From positions 10,900 through 74,899 of the forward strand of contig JAZNRZ010000001.1 of the NCBI GenBank assembly GCA_045590975.1: 64,000 bases of DNA, written 5' to 3'. The notes beneath the pieces were generated by a model, which saw only the letters and a program-made list of their open reading frames with translations, ran no database searches and was not told the DNA's origin. Positions 45,666-54,339 of the stretch are shown here, piece by piece. The position numbers were made by a program, and so were the translations under genes. The stretch's first letter is position 1. Each line of letters opens with the position of its first letter. Source of the stretch: Candidatus Nanosyncoccaceae bacterium. Lineage in GTDB: Bacteria; Patescibacteriota; Saccharimonadia; Saccharimonadales; Saccharimonadaceae.

Positions 45666-45699
45666 TGCCCCGGCCAATCAAACGGCCGGGGTAATTTTA
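45666..45699 (+). terminator. intrinsic terminator
   Basis: CCCCGGCC...GGCCGGGG. Confidence 0.8.
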
Positions 45700-45717
45700 T
45701 GTCTAAAATTTAAACAA

Positions 45718-45749
45718 GAAAATACCCCGCAAAAAAGCGGGGCAATTTA
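45718..45749 (-). terminator. intrinsic terminator
   Basis: Minus strand: GCCCCGC-UUUUUU-GCGGGGU + U-run. Confidence 0.8.
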
Positions 45750-45752
45750 GTA

Positions 45753-46499
45753 TCAAGTTGCTGCCGAAGTAGTATTAGCGTCGTTCAATTCGGCATCATC
45801 GGAACTTTCCGCAATCTCGGTTAACATACACATAATTTCATCCTTTGTTTCTGGATAGTACGCCATTACACAATCTTCTATCATCGTAAAGAGTTTTTGC
45901 GCCGTATTATCATCAAGCCTCAAATACGATATGAAAAGCGAAAAATATTCCGGATGAAGCGCCAAATATTTTATATCATCAGCCTTATACAAATACTCAC
46001 TAGTGAAGAGAACGTAGCCTTCATCTGTAGCCTCGTTGCCGTCTTCATCGTAGGTCTCGACCGATAAAACAATTTCTTTGCCTTTGTAACCAGCAACAAT
46101 ACATTCGGAAAAGAAATCTTCATCCGTAAATGAAACAAACACCGTTTCGCCAATCGCAAATTCCTTTGGAGACAACCTACGATCGCAAAACAGCGGTTTA
46201 GACTCAGTCTGCTCCATTAGAGCCAAGAGCCTATCCTGCGCATCCTTAGCTTTCTTAACTTCGTGCTCAAAGAATTCCGTCGAGCGTTTTTCTTTATAAT
46301 CTCGATTCATTCTTTTTGTAGCACTAATTGCTGTAGCGGAAGCTTTTTCAATAAGCCTCCATTCGTCAACCATGCTTCGTAAATTCTCACTACCAAGGAA
46401 GGACAATCCATCGTCGTCGGCAAGAACAAGTCGCCTCATTGACCCCGGCATAATCGTCTTCGAAAAAGCAACTGCACTTTTAAAGTCCTTTTCAGCCAT
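45753..46499 (-). CDS. hypothetical protein (248 aa)
   Basis: GAAGGAGGG SD 8 nt before the ATG. Confidence 0.7.
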   Translation of the reverse strand: MAEKDFKSAVAFSKTIMPGSMRRLVLADDDGLSFLGSENLRSMVDEWRLIEKASATAISATKRMNRDYKEKRSTEFFEHEVKKAKDAQDRLLALMEQTESKPLFCDRRLSPKEFAIGETVFVSFTDEDFFSECIVAGYKGKEIVLSVETYDEDGNEATDEGYVLFTSEYLYKADDIKYLALHPEYFSLFISYLRLDDNTAQKLFTMIEDCVMAYYPETKDEIMCMLTEIAESSDDAELNDANTTSAAT

Positions 46500-46561
46500 A
46501 ACATCACCCTCCTTCTGTTAGCTGAAACTTATAAGGCTATAATGCCACACCTTACAGATTA

Positions 46562-46598
46562 AAGCAAAAAAATAACCCCGAGCCTAAGCTCGGGGTTC
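46562..46598 (-). terminator. intrinsic terminator of hppA
   Basis: Minus strand: AACCCCGAGC-UUAG-GCUCGGGGUU + U7. Confidence 0.85.
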
Positions 46599-46629
46599 GA
46601 AATAAAACGAGGAACATAACGCTTCAGAT

Positions 46630-48732
46630 TCAGAAGATATGGAAGTGTACAAATACCGTCGCCAGCGTATTTGCAACCGTACTCATCATCTTAATAAAGA
46701 TATCGAGGGCAACACCCACGACATCTTTTCTTGTGTCGCCGACTGTATCGCCGACGACAGTTGCTTTGTGAGCATCCGAGCCTTTTCCGTAACCAGCCAG
46801 AGCACCGCTCTCTACATACTTCTTTGCATTATCAAAGGCACCGCCAGAATTGCCCATGAAGATCGCACGAGTAATTGCTACGAGAGTTGCGCCAACCAGA
46901 ATACCACCGACAAATTCCACACCAAAGATAACACCGCCAATCACCGGCACAAGCATTGCGAGCAGAGAAGGTGCAAGCATCTTTCTCAGAGCTTCCTTCG
47001 ATGCCATCTCGATACACTTGTCGTAATCAGGCTTAACATTGCCCTCGATAACGCCCGGAATCTTCAGCTGGCGAATACTTTCGTCGGCCATCTTCTTTGC
47101 AGAATCAATAGTATTCTTGGTAAGCAGTGCAGTAAAGAATTCGATCAGAGCGCCACCAACCATTGCTCCAGCAATTACAATATACGAAGCAAAGTTGAGT
47201 ATCGGCTCAGAAGCATCGGAGTAGTTACCAACATAGGCAAAGATAAGCGAAACGGTTGCAAAAGCCGCAGAGCCAATCGCAAATCCCTTACCGATTGCCG
47301 CCGTAGTGTTTCCTACTGCGTCGAGCTTATCGGTAATCTTTCGTACACTCTCGTCCAAATGGCAACTCTCGGCAATACCGCCCGCATTATCTGCGATCGG
47401 GCCGAAAGCGTCGATCGTGACAGTAGTTGCCACAAAAGAGAGCATACCCATTGATGCTACCGCGATACCGTATGCACCACAGATCAGACCGGAAGCAACT
47501 AGCGAAATCGCAATTGTCAGAACCGGCAGCAAGCAAGATCTAGAGCCAACTGCATCACCTAACGTCACTACAAACGCAGAACCCTCAGGCGAAACCTTTG
47601 CCAAATCTTTGACAGGCTTAAAATCGGTCGAGGTATAGTATTCGGTTATCTTGCCAATCGCAACGCCCGATGCCACACCCAGCAAACTCGAGATTGCCGG
47701 CGAAAGCCAACCAATCTTAAAGCTATCAAAGACATCGATATTTCCGAAGAAATAGTACGACGCTCCAAAGCTGGTCATGATTGCAATTGTCGCCGCAACG
47801 TAAGTCGCAAGATTAAGCTGCTTAGACGGATTGTCCTTACCCTTTGCATACTGAGCATAGACAATACCAATAATCGAGCCAAGCAGTCCGCCAGCCGCAG
47901 CCAGCACAGGGAAGTGCATAGCTGCATCAAGCAGCTCGCCGCTTGTACCCTTTGCGAGAGTAATCGCAATAATAATACAAGAAACGATTGTTGCTGCCGT
48001 AGATTCAAGCAGATCAGAACAGTTACCAGCGATATCATTTACAGTATCGCCGATAAAGTCTGCGATTGTGGACGGATTTCTACTATCATCTTCGGGAAGA
48101 TCAAAATCTACCTTGCCAACGATATCTGCAGAAATGTCTGCCGCCTTTGTATAGTTACCACCAGCCACACGATTAAACATTGCAACCAGTGAGCTACCCA
48201 GCGAATAGGTCGTCAGACGCAGTCCAAATGCATTAGACTCGATCAGCGGAACAATGCCAGTACTTTTGGTTGTAACGTCCATGCCGCTCATAATAAGCAA
48301 GATAGCAACCAGACCAAGCAGGCAAAAACCCTGAACCGACAGACCACTAATAGAGCCGCCACGCAGAGCTACCTTTACGGTATCGCCAATGGATTTTGTT
48401 GTTCTTGCTGCATTAGTCGTACGAACGTTTGCGTAAGTAGCACCTTTCATGCCTATCAGACAGGCAGCGCTACTCATTAGAGAACCAGTCAGGAATGTGA
48501 GGCCACTAAACGTCTCGATGAACAGAGAGAAAATTACTGCTACGATTACAACGACAATAGCAATGATTTTGAACTCCGTCTTCAGGAAAGTGTTAGCGCC
48601 CGAGCGAATTGTGCCTGCGAGTTCCACCATTTCAGGCGTACCTTCATCGAGCTGCTTGATATATTTATAGTTCAAGCAAGCCACGAGAAGAGCAATGCAA
48701 GCAATGACAATAACGATAACATAACTAAGCAT
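46630..48732 (-). CDS. hppA: membrane-bound proton/sodium-translocating pyrophosphatase
   Basis: About 16 TM helices; GDTVGDTRKD and other V-PPase motifs. AAAGGAGG SD. Confidence 0.95.
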   Translation of the reverse strand: MLSYVIVIVIACIALLVACLNYKYIKQLDEGTPEMVELAGTIRSGANTFLKTEFKIIAIVVVIVAVIFSLFIETFSGLTFLTGSLMSSAACLIGMKGATYANVRTTNAARTTKSIGDTVKVALRGGSISGLSVQGFCLLGLVAILLIMSGMDVTTKSTGIVPLIESNAFGLRLTTYSLGSSLVAMFNRVAGGNYTKAADISADIVGKVDFDLPEDDSRNPSTIADFIGDTVNDIAGNCSDLLESTAATIVSCIIIAITLAKGTSGELLDAAMHFPVLAAAGGLLGSIIGIVYAQYAKGKDNPSKQLNLATYVAATIAIMTSFGASYYFFGNIDVFDSFKIGWLSPAISSLLGVASGVAIGKITEYYTSTDFKPVKDLAKVSPEGSAFVVTLGDAVGSRSCLLPVLTIAISLVASGLICGAYGIAVASMGMLSFVATTVTIDAFGPIADNAGGIAESCHLDESVRKITDKLDAVGNTTAAIGKGFAIGSAAFATVSLIFAYVGNYSDASEPILNFASYIVIAGAMVGGALIEFFTALLTKNTIDSAKKMADESIRQLKIPGVIEGNVKPDYDKCIEMASKEALRKMLAPSLLAMLVPVIGGVIFGVEFVGGILVGATLVAITRAIFMGNSGGAFDNAKKYVESGALAGYGKGSDAHKATVVGDTVGDTRKDVVGVALDIFIKMMSTVANTLATVFVHFHIF

Positions 48733-48780
48733 TAAAATTCCTCCTTTTGTAAAAGATCGTATTGAACTCTGGCGAAGCCC

Positions 48781-48812
48781 AATAAAAATTGATGAGCCAA
48801 CCCTGGGCTCAT
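48781..48812 (-). promoter_or_regulatory. terminator-like hairpin inside the hppA 5' leader (possible attenuator)
   Basis: Minus strand: AUGAGCC-CAGGGUU-GGCUCAU-CAAUUUUUAUU, about 50 nt upstream of the SD. Confidence 0.35.
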
Positions 48813-49053
48813 TAGCTTAAGTAAAACACTAAACCTCTGTTTTGGCAAAGATAAGCATTTACAAAATCGTGAAATATTATAAAATTAAGCATAAGCAATA
48901 TCATAATGATTAGTATCGTAAAGTCCTATATAATAAACGGCTGTTCCATAAAGAATAATGTCATAAAAAGCTAACGTATAAAGTTTTATATATTTTTTTC
49001 GAAGCAACGTCAAAATTGTGTTAAACTAAAGATAGTAAAGGGGAAAACTGCAT

Positions 49054-49082
49054 TTGACAGCACCCATATATTATGTTACAGT
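49054..49082 (+). promoter_or_regulatory. promoter TTGACA-17-TGtTACAGT
   Basis: TTGACAGCACCCATATATTATGTTACAGT. Confidence 0.65.
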
Positions 49083-49138
49083 AATAGTAGTTTCAAATAA
49101 TAAACCTAACAAACGGAGAGACAAAGGACACCCCACCA

Positions 49139-50167
49139 ATGGACTATGCGGAAACGATTCGCGAAGCTATCAATAACAGCCTCGCAATCATTGAACAAGA
49201 ACGCGAAAAAGAGATCATCTCACGCAGATATGGCCTAAATGGTCACAAAGAGACGCTCGAACAAATCGGAGAAATGCTTACTATTACACGTGAGCGCGTT
49301 CGCCAGTTAGAGAAAGCAATTTTAATTAGACTCCGCATAGCTGCAGAGGAGAATCGTATTTCAAAATTGGCTCCAGCCGAAAAGATTATGATTCGCAATC
49401 TTACAGAAATGGGTCGAGTCGCTCGCACAAGTGAGCTTGCTAAAAAGATTCTTGGTCGTAATGCCAACGAAACCGAAAAAGCACAGTTTAACTTTATCGC
49501 AGAAATCTCTCCATCACTTACAGTCGTTAACGAAAACGACAAATATCACAATTCCATTGGTATCGCCGAATACGGTGATGAAAAAACTATCCGCAACAAA
49601 ATAGACGAAATTACAAACATAATTAAATCTAACAAACAGGCAATGAGCCTCGACGAGCTCGATGCCAAGCTAGACTACGAACATCCAAGCTACATCGAAG
49701 CAATCGCAAGTCTCAGCAAACAGCTATCTTCTTTGAATGGCCAGTGGGGTCTCTCCAAGTGGCCAACCGTTAACCCAAAGAATATCCGCGACAAAATCTA
49801 TGTCGTTCTTGAAGAGAATAAAGAGCCAATGCACTTCTCAGCAATTGCAGAAGCCATTAGCAAATCAGATTTCCGCCGCAAGAACGTTACCGTTCAGGCA
49901 ATCCACAACGAGCTAATCAAAGATCAGCGCTTCGTACTTATCGGACGCGGTATCTATGCGCTAGATAGTTGGGGTTACGAAAAGGGTACAGTTTCAGACA
50001 TTATTACCCGCATTCTCAAGGAAGCTGGTAGCGAAGGTCTATCCCGCAAAGAAATCGTCAAGCAGGTTCTACGCCGCCGCAAGGTCAAAGAAACAACTGT
50101 TCTTCTAAACCTACAGAACAAACAGCTTTACAAGCGCGTCGGTCGCGACCACTTCACAAACGTCTAA
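49139..50167 (+). CDS. sigma-70 region-4-like HTH protein with HARE-HTH-like C-terminal part
   Basis: RRYGLNGHKETLEQIGEMLTITRERVRQLEKAILIRL. No sigma regions 2/3. Confidence 0.65.
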   Translation: MDYAETIREAINNSLAIIEQEREKEIISRRYGLNGHKETLEQIGEMLTITRERVRQLEKAILIRLRIAAEENRISKLAPAEKIMIRNLTEMGRVARTSELAKKILGRNANETEKAQFNFIAEISPSLTVVNENDKYHNSIGIAEYGDEKTIRNKIDEITNIIKSNKQAMSLDELDAKLDYEHPSYIEAIASLSKQLSSLNGQWGLSKWPTVNPKNIRDKIYVVLEENKEPMHFSAIAEAISKSDFRRKNVTVQAIHNELIKDQRFVLIGRGIYALDSWGYEKGTVSDIITRILKEAGSEGLSRKEIVKQVLRRRKVKETTVLLNLQNKQLYKRVGRDHFTNV

Positions 50168-50170
50168 AAC

Positions 50171-50203
50171 AAAATATCCAGCTGGGAGGCTGGATATTTT
50201 TTA
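50171..50203 (+). terminator. intrinsic terminator
   Basis: AATATCCAGC-TGGGAG-GCTGGATATT + T-run. Confidence 0.85.
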
Positions 50204-50231
50204 TGCTTGCATTTTTTGATATAATATTTTC

Positions 50232-53021
50232 ATGAATAATATCTTGCACTTTCTTTTTACGCCAATCGTATGGATTCCAATCGTTGTAATCCTAGTGGTG
50301 TTAACGGTGCGAAATTACCGAAAACTTAATCGCATCAAAGTCCTCAATACCGAGAGCGCACTTTTGATGCTTGAAATTCCAAAAGACAACGACAAGAACG
50401 AACTTTCCGCAGAACAGATGTTTATGTCTCTGCACGGTATTTTGCGCGACGCAGAAGAATTAAAGAACTCTGGTGGCGTTCAGGAGCATCTTTCTTTCGA
50501 AATCGCTTCTACTGGCAATCAGATTCGTTTCTTTGTTTGGGTGCCAAAAATCTACCAGTCCTTCGTCGAAGGCCAGATTTATGCTCAGTATCCAAGCGTA
50601 CAAATCTATCGCATGAAGGAAGATTACGTTGATAGGCGCGAAAAATATCCCGTCGCTTATACTTCCGAAATTACCCTCACAGATAACGAAGCCCTGCCAA
50701 TCAAGACCTTCGATAGCTTCGAGGTAGACCCTCTCGCTGGTATTACTGCGACTCTCGCCAAACTTAATCCATCCGGCGGCGAAGAGATGTGGATCCAGAT
50801 TTTGACCCGTCCTATCGCTGACGATTGGCATAAAAAGAGCGACGAATGGATCAAGACTGTCAAAGAAGGTAAAAAAGGCGGCCTATTCGGCATTATTGAC
50901 GCAAAGTGGCTAGCAGAACTTTTTGCAGCACTCTGGAAACCACCAGAGGGCGGGGCTTCCGAAGTCAAAGTCGAACTTAGCGAACGCGATAAAACTCGTG
51001 TCGCCAAGGCCGAAGAGAAGGGCGATAAACTTGGTTACCAGGTAAAGATCCGCCTCGCTTACGTTGGCTCTAAAGAGGTGGATGCCAAGCTAAACATGCA
51101 GGCTCTTGTTGGTACTTTTAAGCAGTACAACTCTACCGTTCTTAACGGCTTCAAGATGACCAAAGCCAGCTTCGACAAAGACACTCTAAACGCCTACAAA
51201 GAGCGTCGTTTCGCAGATGACGGCTTCATTTTGAACGTCTCCGAGCTTGCTTCCGTTTACCACTTACCACATACAAGCGTCGAAACACCAAATATCGTTT
51301 GGGCTTCCAGCAAGACTGCCGAACCACCGGCCAAACTTCCACTCATGACAGGCGATCCAAATATCGACGAAAACATTTCTGCCTTTGGTTTGACAGATTT
51401 TCGTGGCATCAAGAACCAGTTCGGTATGTATCGCCGCGACCGTTCTCGCCATATCTATATCATTGGTCAGACCGGTTCTGGCAAGTCTGGTCTTTTGACC
51501 CTCTTTGGCTTGTCAGATATTTTCCATAACCAAGGTTATTGTATTATCGACCCACACGGCGACCTCGCAATGGATAACCTTCGCTTCGTGCCAGAATCTC
51601 GCATCAAAGACGTTGTCTACTTTAACCCAGCCGACACTCAGTACCCTATGGCCTTTAACCCGCTCGAAGTCGACGACCCGAGCCGCAAACCAAATATTTC
51701 TTCCGAGGTTATCGGCGTATTAAAGCGTATGTTCGGCGACTCTTGGGGTCCTCGTCTTGAGCACATTCTTCGCTATACTTTGCTCGCGCTTCTTGATCGC
51801 CCGAATACAACACTTCTAGATATTTCCCGCATGCTCACAGATACAGAATTCCGCAAAGAGACGCTTACTTATTGTAAGGACGTTACTGTTTTGCAGTTCT
51901 GGAAGAAAGAGTTCGGTTCCTGGAGCGATAAGCAGGTTACAGAATCTGTAGCACCTGTTCTTAACAAGGTCGGTGCCTTTACCGCAAACCCTATCGTTCG
52001 TAATATTATTGGTCAGCCAAAGTCTAGCTTTAATATCCGCAAGATTATGGACGAAGGCAAAATTCTTGTCGTAAATCTCTCCAAGGGTCTTATCGGCGAA
52101 GATAACGCTGGCCTCCTTGGCTCATTCCTTGTTACGAAAGTTCAGCTTGCCGCTATGTCTCGCTCGGATATCGAGAATGTCGAAGATCGCCGTCCATTCT
52201 ATCTATACGTAGACGAGTTCCAGAACTTCGCCACCGATTCTTTCTCGGTCATTCTTTCTGAGGCTCGCAAATACGGTCTAAACCTTACTGTTGCCAACCA
52301 GTATACTAGCCAGATGACCGATAGTGTTCGTGACGCCGTCTTTGGTAACGTTGGTACAACGATTTCCTTCCGTGTTTCCGCCGACGACGCACCAGTTCTT
52401 GCCAAGCAATTCGAACCAGTCTTTGAAGCACAAGATTTGCTCAACCTAAACAACCGCCACTTCGTCATCTCTATGATTATTAATGGCGAAAAGGTCCCTG
52501 CATTCTCCGCAACAACCCTAAGCATTCCAAAACCACCTCACGATATCACTCCACAAATTATTGAATACTCTCGCCAAACTTATGCACGCCCACGCGAAGA
52601 AGTCGAAAAAGATATTTCGGCTAGTATTGCTGCTGCAGATAAGTTCAAGAAAGAACTCTCAGATTCTGGCCGCGCCGCTGGTGAACGTGGTAGCCAAAAT
52701 CAAGGCAACAATTCTTCTAAGCCAGTCTTCAAATTCCAGCCAACCTTGCAGCAAGAATTCCGCAAACAAAAAATCTCACCAAACGCCGCTCAGGGCGAAG
52801 ACGAGAATGCCGGTAACGGCCTCCGCAACCTAGGCAAACTTTTTGCAGAGAAAGCCGCAACCATTAGCCCAAATATCAAAACCGAAGCATCAGAAGAAGA
52901 ATCAAAAGCAGACACGAGCGTCTCCGACGAAGCCGCCAAGCGCCCAATTATTAGCTCCGGCAACGGCAACAAAAACAGCAGACATAACAATAACCGAAAC
53001 CGCAATAAAAATCGCAAATAG
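50232..53021 (+). CDS. membrane-anchored TraD/VirD4/HerA-type (type IV secretion coupling-protein-like) ATPase
   Basis: N-terminal TM helix; Walker A IIGQTGSGKSGL; IIDPHGDL; Walker B LYVDEFQNF; basic low-complexity tail. Leaderless: TGATATAAT + 6 nt + ATG. Confidence 0.75.
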   Translation: MNNILHFLFTPIVWIPIVVILVVLTVRNYRKLNRIKVLNTESALLMLEIPKDNDKNELSAEQMFMSLHGILRDAEELKNSGGVQEHLSFEIASTGNQIRFFVWVPKIYQSFVEGQIYAQYPSVQIYRMKEDYVDRREKYPVAYTSEITLTDNEALPIKTFDSFEVDPLAGITATLAKLNPSGGEEMWIQILTRPIADDWHKKSDEWIKTVKEGKKGGLFGIIDAKWLAELFAALWKPPEGGASEVKVELSERDKTRVAKAEEKGDKLGYQVKIRLAYVGSKEVDAKLNMQALVGTFKQYNSTVLNGFKMTKASFDKDTLNAYKERRFADDGFILNVSELASVYHLPHTSVETPNIVWASSKTAEPPAKLPLMTGDPNIDENISAFGLTDFRGIKNQFGMYRRDRSRHIYIIGQTGSGKSGLLTLFGLSDIFHNQGYCIIDPHGDLAMDNLRFVPESRIKDVVYFNPADTQYPMAFNPLEVDDPSRKPNISSEVIGVLKRMFGDSWGPRLEHILRYTLLALLDRPNTTLLDISRMLTDTEFRKETLTYCKDVTVLQFWKKEFGSWSDKQVTESVAPVLNKVGAFTANPIVRNIIGQPKSSFNIRKIMDEGKILVVNLSKGLIGEDNAGLLGSFLVTKVQLAAMSRSDIENVEDRRPFYLYVDEFQNFATDSFSVILSEARKYGLNLTVANQYTSQMTDSVRDAVFGNVGTTISFRVSADDAPVLAKQFEPVFEAQDLLNLNNRHFVISMIINGEKVPAFSATTLSIPKPPHDITPQIIEYSRQTYARPREEVEKDISASIAAADKFKKELSDSGRAAGERGSQNQGNNSSKPVFKFQPTLQQEFRKQKISPNAAQGEDENAGNGLRNLGKLFAEKAATISPNIKTEASEEESKADTSVSDEAAKRPIISSGNGNKNSRHNNNRNRNKNRK

Positions 53022-53045
53022 ACGCATTTAGACCCATTTCCCGCC

Positions 53046-53654
53046 ATGTTATTAAACTGCCTACAGAAACATAGTTCAGACTTCGAGCCGAAAGACTGCG
53101 CCAAATACTTCAAAGAGCAGGGCATAGACGCCATTATTTCTAGCGATTACACTGACGACCAGTTGGTCATCGAAGTAAAACTAGCAAAAAATCCGCAAGA
53201 CCCATTTGTTTTTCGTAGCTACAAGATGGATAGGGCAGCTAAAAACGAGATCCTTTCCGAGTATCCAGAACGAAAAGAAGCCCTAAAAAGCTGCAATTCT
53301 ATCGCTGAAATCACGACCAAAGGCGCAAGTGAAGACGCAGCCGCCAGTATTCTTTTGAGCTTCCTTCACCTCCATCATAAAGCCCAAATCATCGATCCGA
53401 CCGCCCAGAAATTCCGTGGCCAAAAAGCTCTCAAAAAGCTTCGCGAATCTTGCATCGATACGTATAATACCACGCCAGAAAAGCTGAGCATAATGGGCAT
53501 TATTAAAAAATATCATCTGATCAAGCTCTTTATTTCTATAGCTCTTATTATCGGATACATAATCTACAGCCTCAAAGCAAACTACAACACAACTCTAATT
53601 CTTTTCTTGATCATCATCTCGCTTGTAATTCTATGGAGCAGTTCCAGCGACTAA
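53046..53654 (+). CDS. hypothetical protein with C-terminal TM helices
   Basis: ORF directly downstream of the ATPase gene. No SD seen; start uncertain. Confidence 0.5.
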   Translation: MLLNCLQKHSSDFEPKDCAKYFKEQGIDAIISSDYTDDQLVIEVKLAKNPQDPFVFRSYKMDRAAKNEILSEYPERKEALKSCNSIAEITTKGASEDAAASILLSFLHLHHKAQIIDPTAQKFRGQKALKKLRESCIDTYNTTPEKLSIMGIIKKYHLIKLFISIALIIGYIIYSLKANYNTTLILFLIIISLVILWSSSSD

Positions 53655-53665
53655 CTTTTGCTTCA

Positions 53666-53694
53666 TTGACTTTTTAACCTGTTTATGCTATAAT
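53666..53694 (+). promoter_or_regulatory. promoter cassette TTGACT-17-TGcTATAAT
   Basis: ATTGACTTTTTAACCTGTTTATGCTATAAT. Confidence 0.75.
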
Positions 53695-53748
53695 ATCCAT
53701 ATTCAGGGCAACCTGAAAATACTACTTCCGTGAGAGGGGTTCTTTATC

Positions 53749-54213
53749 ATGAGATGTTCAAGAGACAAGAAGTTTTGGGGCGATTACGTCATTAAGGTTG
53801 TCGTGCTTACAGCAATCACGATAATCCTTGCTGGATGCGCAACCTACAACTTCCGCAACAGAGACAAGGTTGTAACAGAAGCAATGAGCACATACCAGTG
53901 CGATGAGGTTGTTTTTGGCTACAACGAAGATGACGCCGCGTCAGAACCGCTCGGCTACTATGTCGAGTGCCGCAACTACACAGAGCTTGGCGAAATGACC
54001 AAAAGCTATGAACGAAACGTAAAGGCTAAAGAGTGGCGTAAAGTCTACAGGACTGGCGAAGGATTCGGTACGCTATTCACCTTTTTCGCAGTTCTTACTG
54101 GTTTCCTGGCACTGCTGTTCGCATACTTCGCTATCGACGGCTGGCTCTTCATCCGCAAGCTGTACAAAGTTGACGAAGCGCGCGCCAAAGATACCATTGC
54201 AAGCTCGAACTAA
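53749..54213 (+). CDS. putative lipoprotein with an additional C-terminal TM helix
   Basis: Lipobox-like ILAGC after a hydrophobic N-terminus. GAGAGGGG SD. Confidence 0.65.
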   Translation: MRCSRDKKFWGDYVIKVVVLTAITIILAGCATYNFRNRDKVVTEAMSTYQCDEVVFGYNEDDAASEPLGYYVECRNYTELGEMTKSYERNVKAKEWRKVYRTGEGFGTLFTFFAVLTGFLALLFAYFAIDGWLFIRKLYKVDEARAKDTIASSN

Positions 54214-54219
54214 TCTCTC

Positions 54220-54246
54220 ATGCCGGCCAAAGTGCCGGCTTTTTCT
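54220..54246 (+). terminator. intrinsic terminator
   Basis: GCCGGC-CAAAGT-GCCGGC + T5. Confidence 0.85.
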
Positions 54247-54339
54247 TGGTCTCAAAAATTGCAGAGAAGGGGAATATATGTTATCATAATTTTATAGTTT
54301 GTCAAGCACAACAACAAGTTCTTTAAGGAGGTCAAAAGC

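Noticed and set aside
44818-45681. 287-aa minus-strand ORF overlapping the whole 44845..45648 gene.
   Set aside because: The plus-strand ORF has the promoter cassette, an AAAGGAGGG SD, a signal peptide and a downstream terminator. The minus-strand ORF is an antisense shadow typical of GC3-rich genes.
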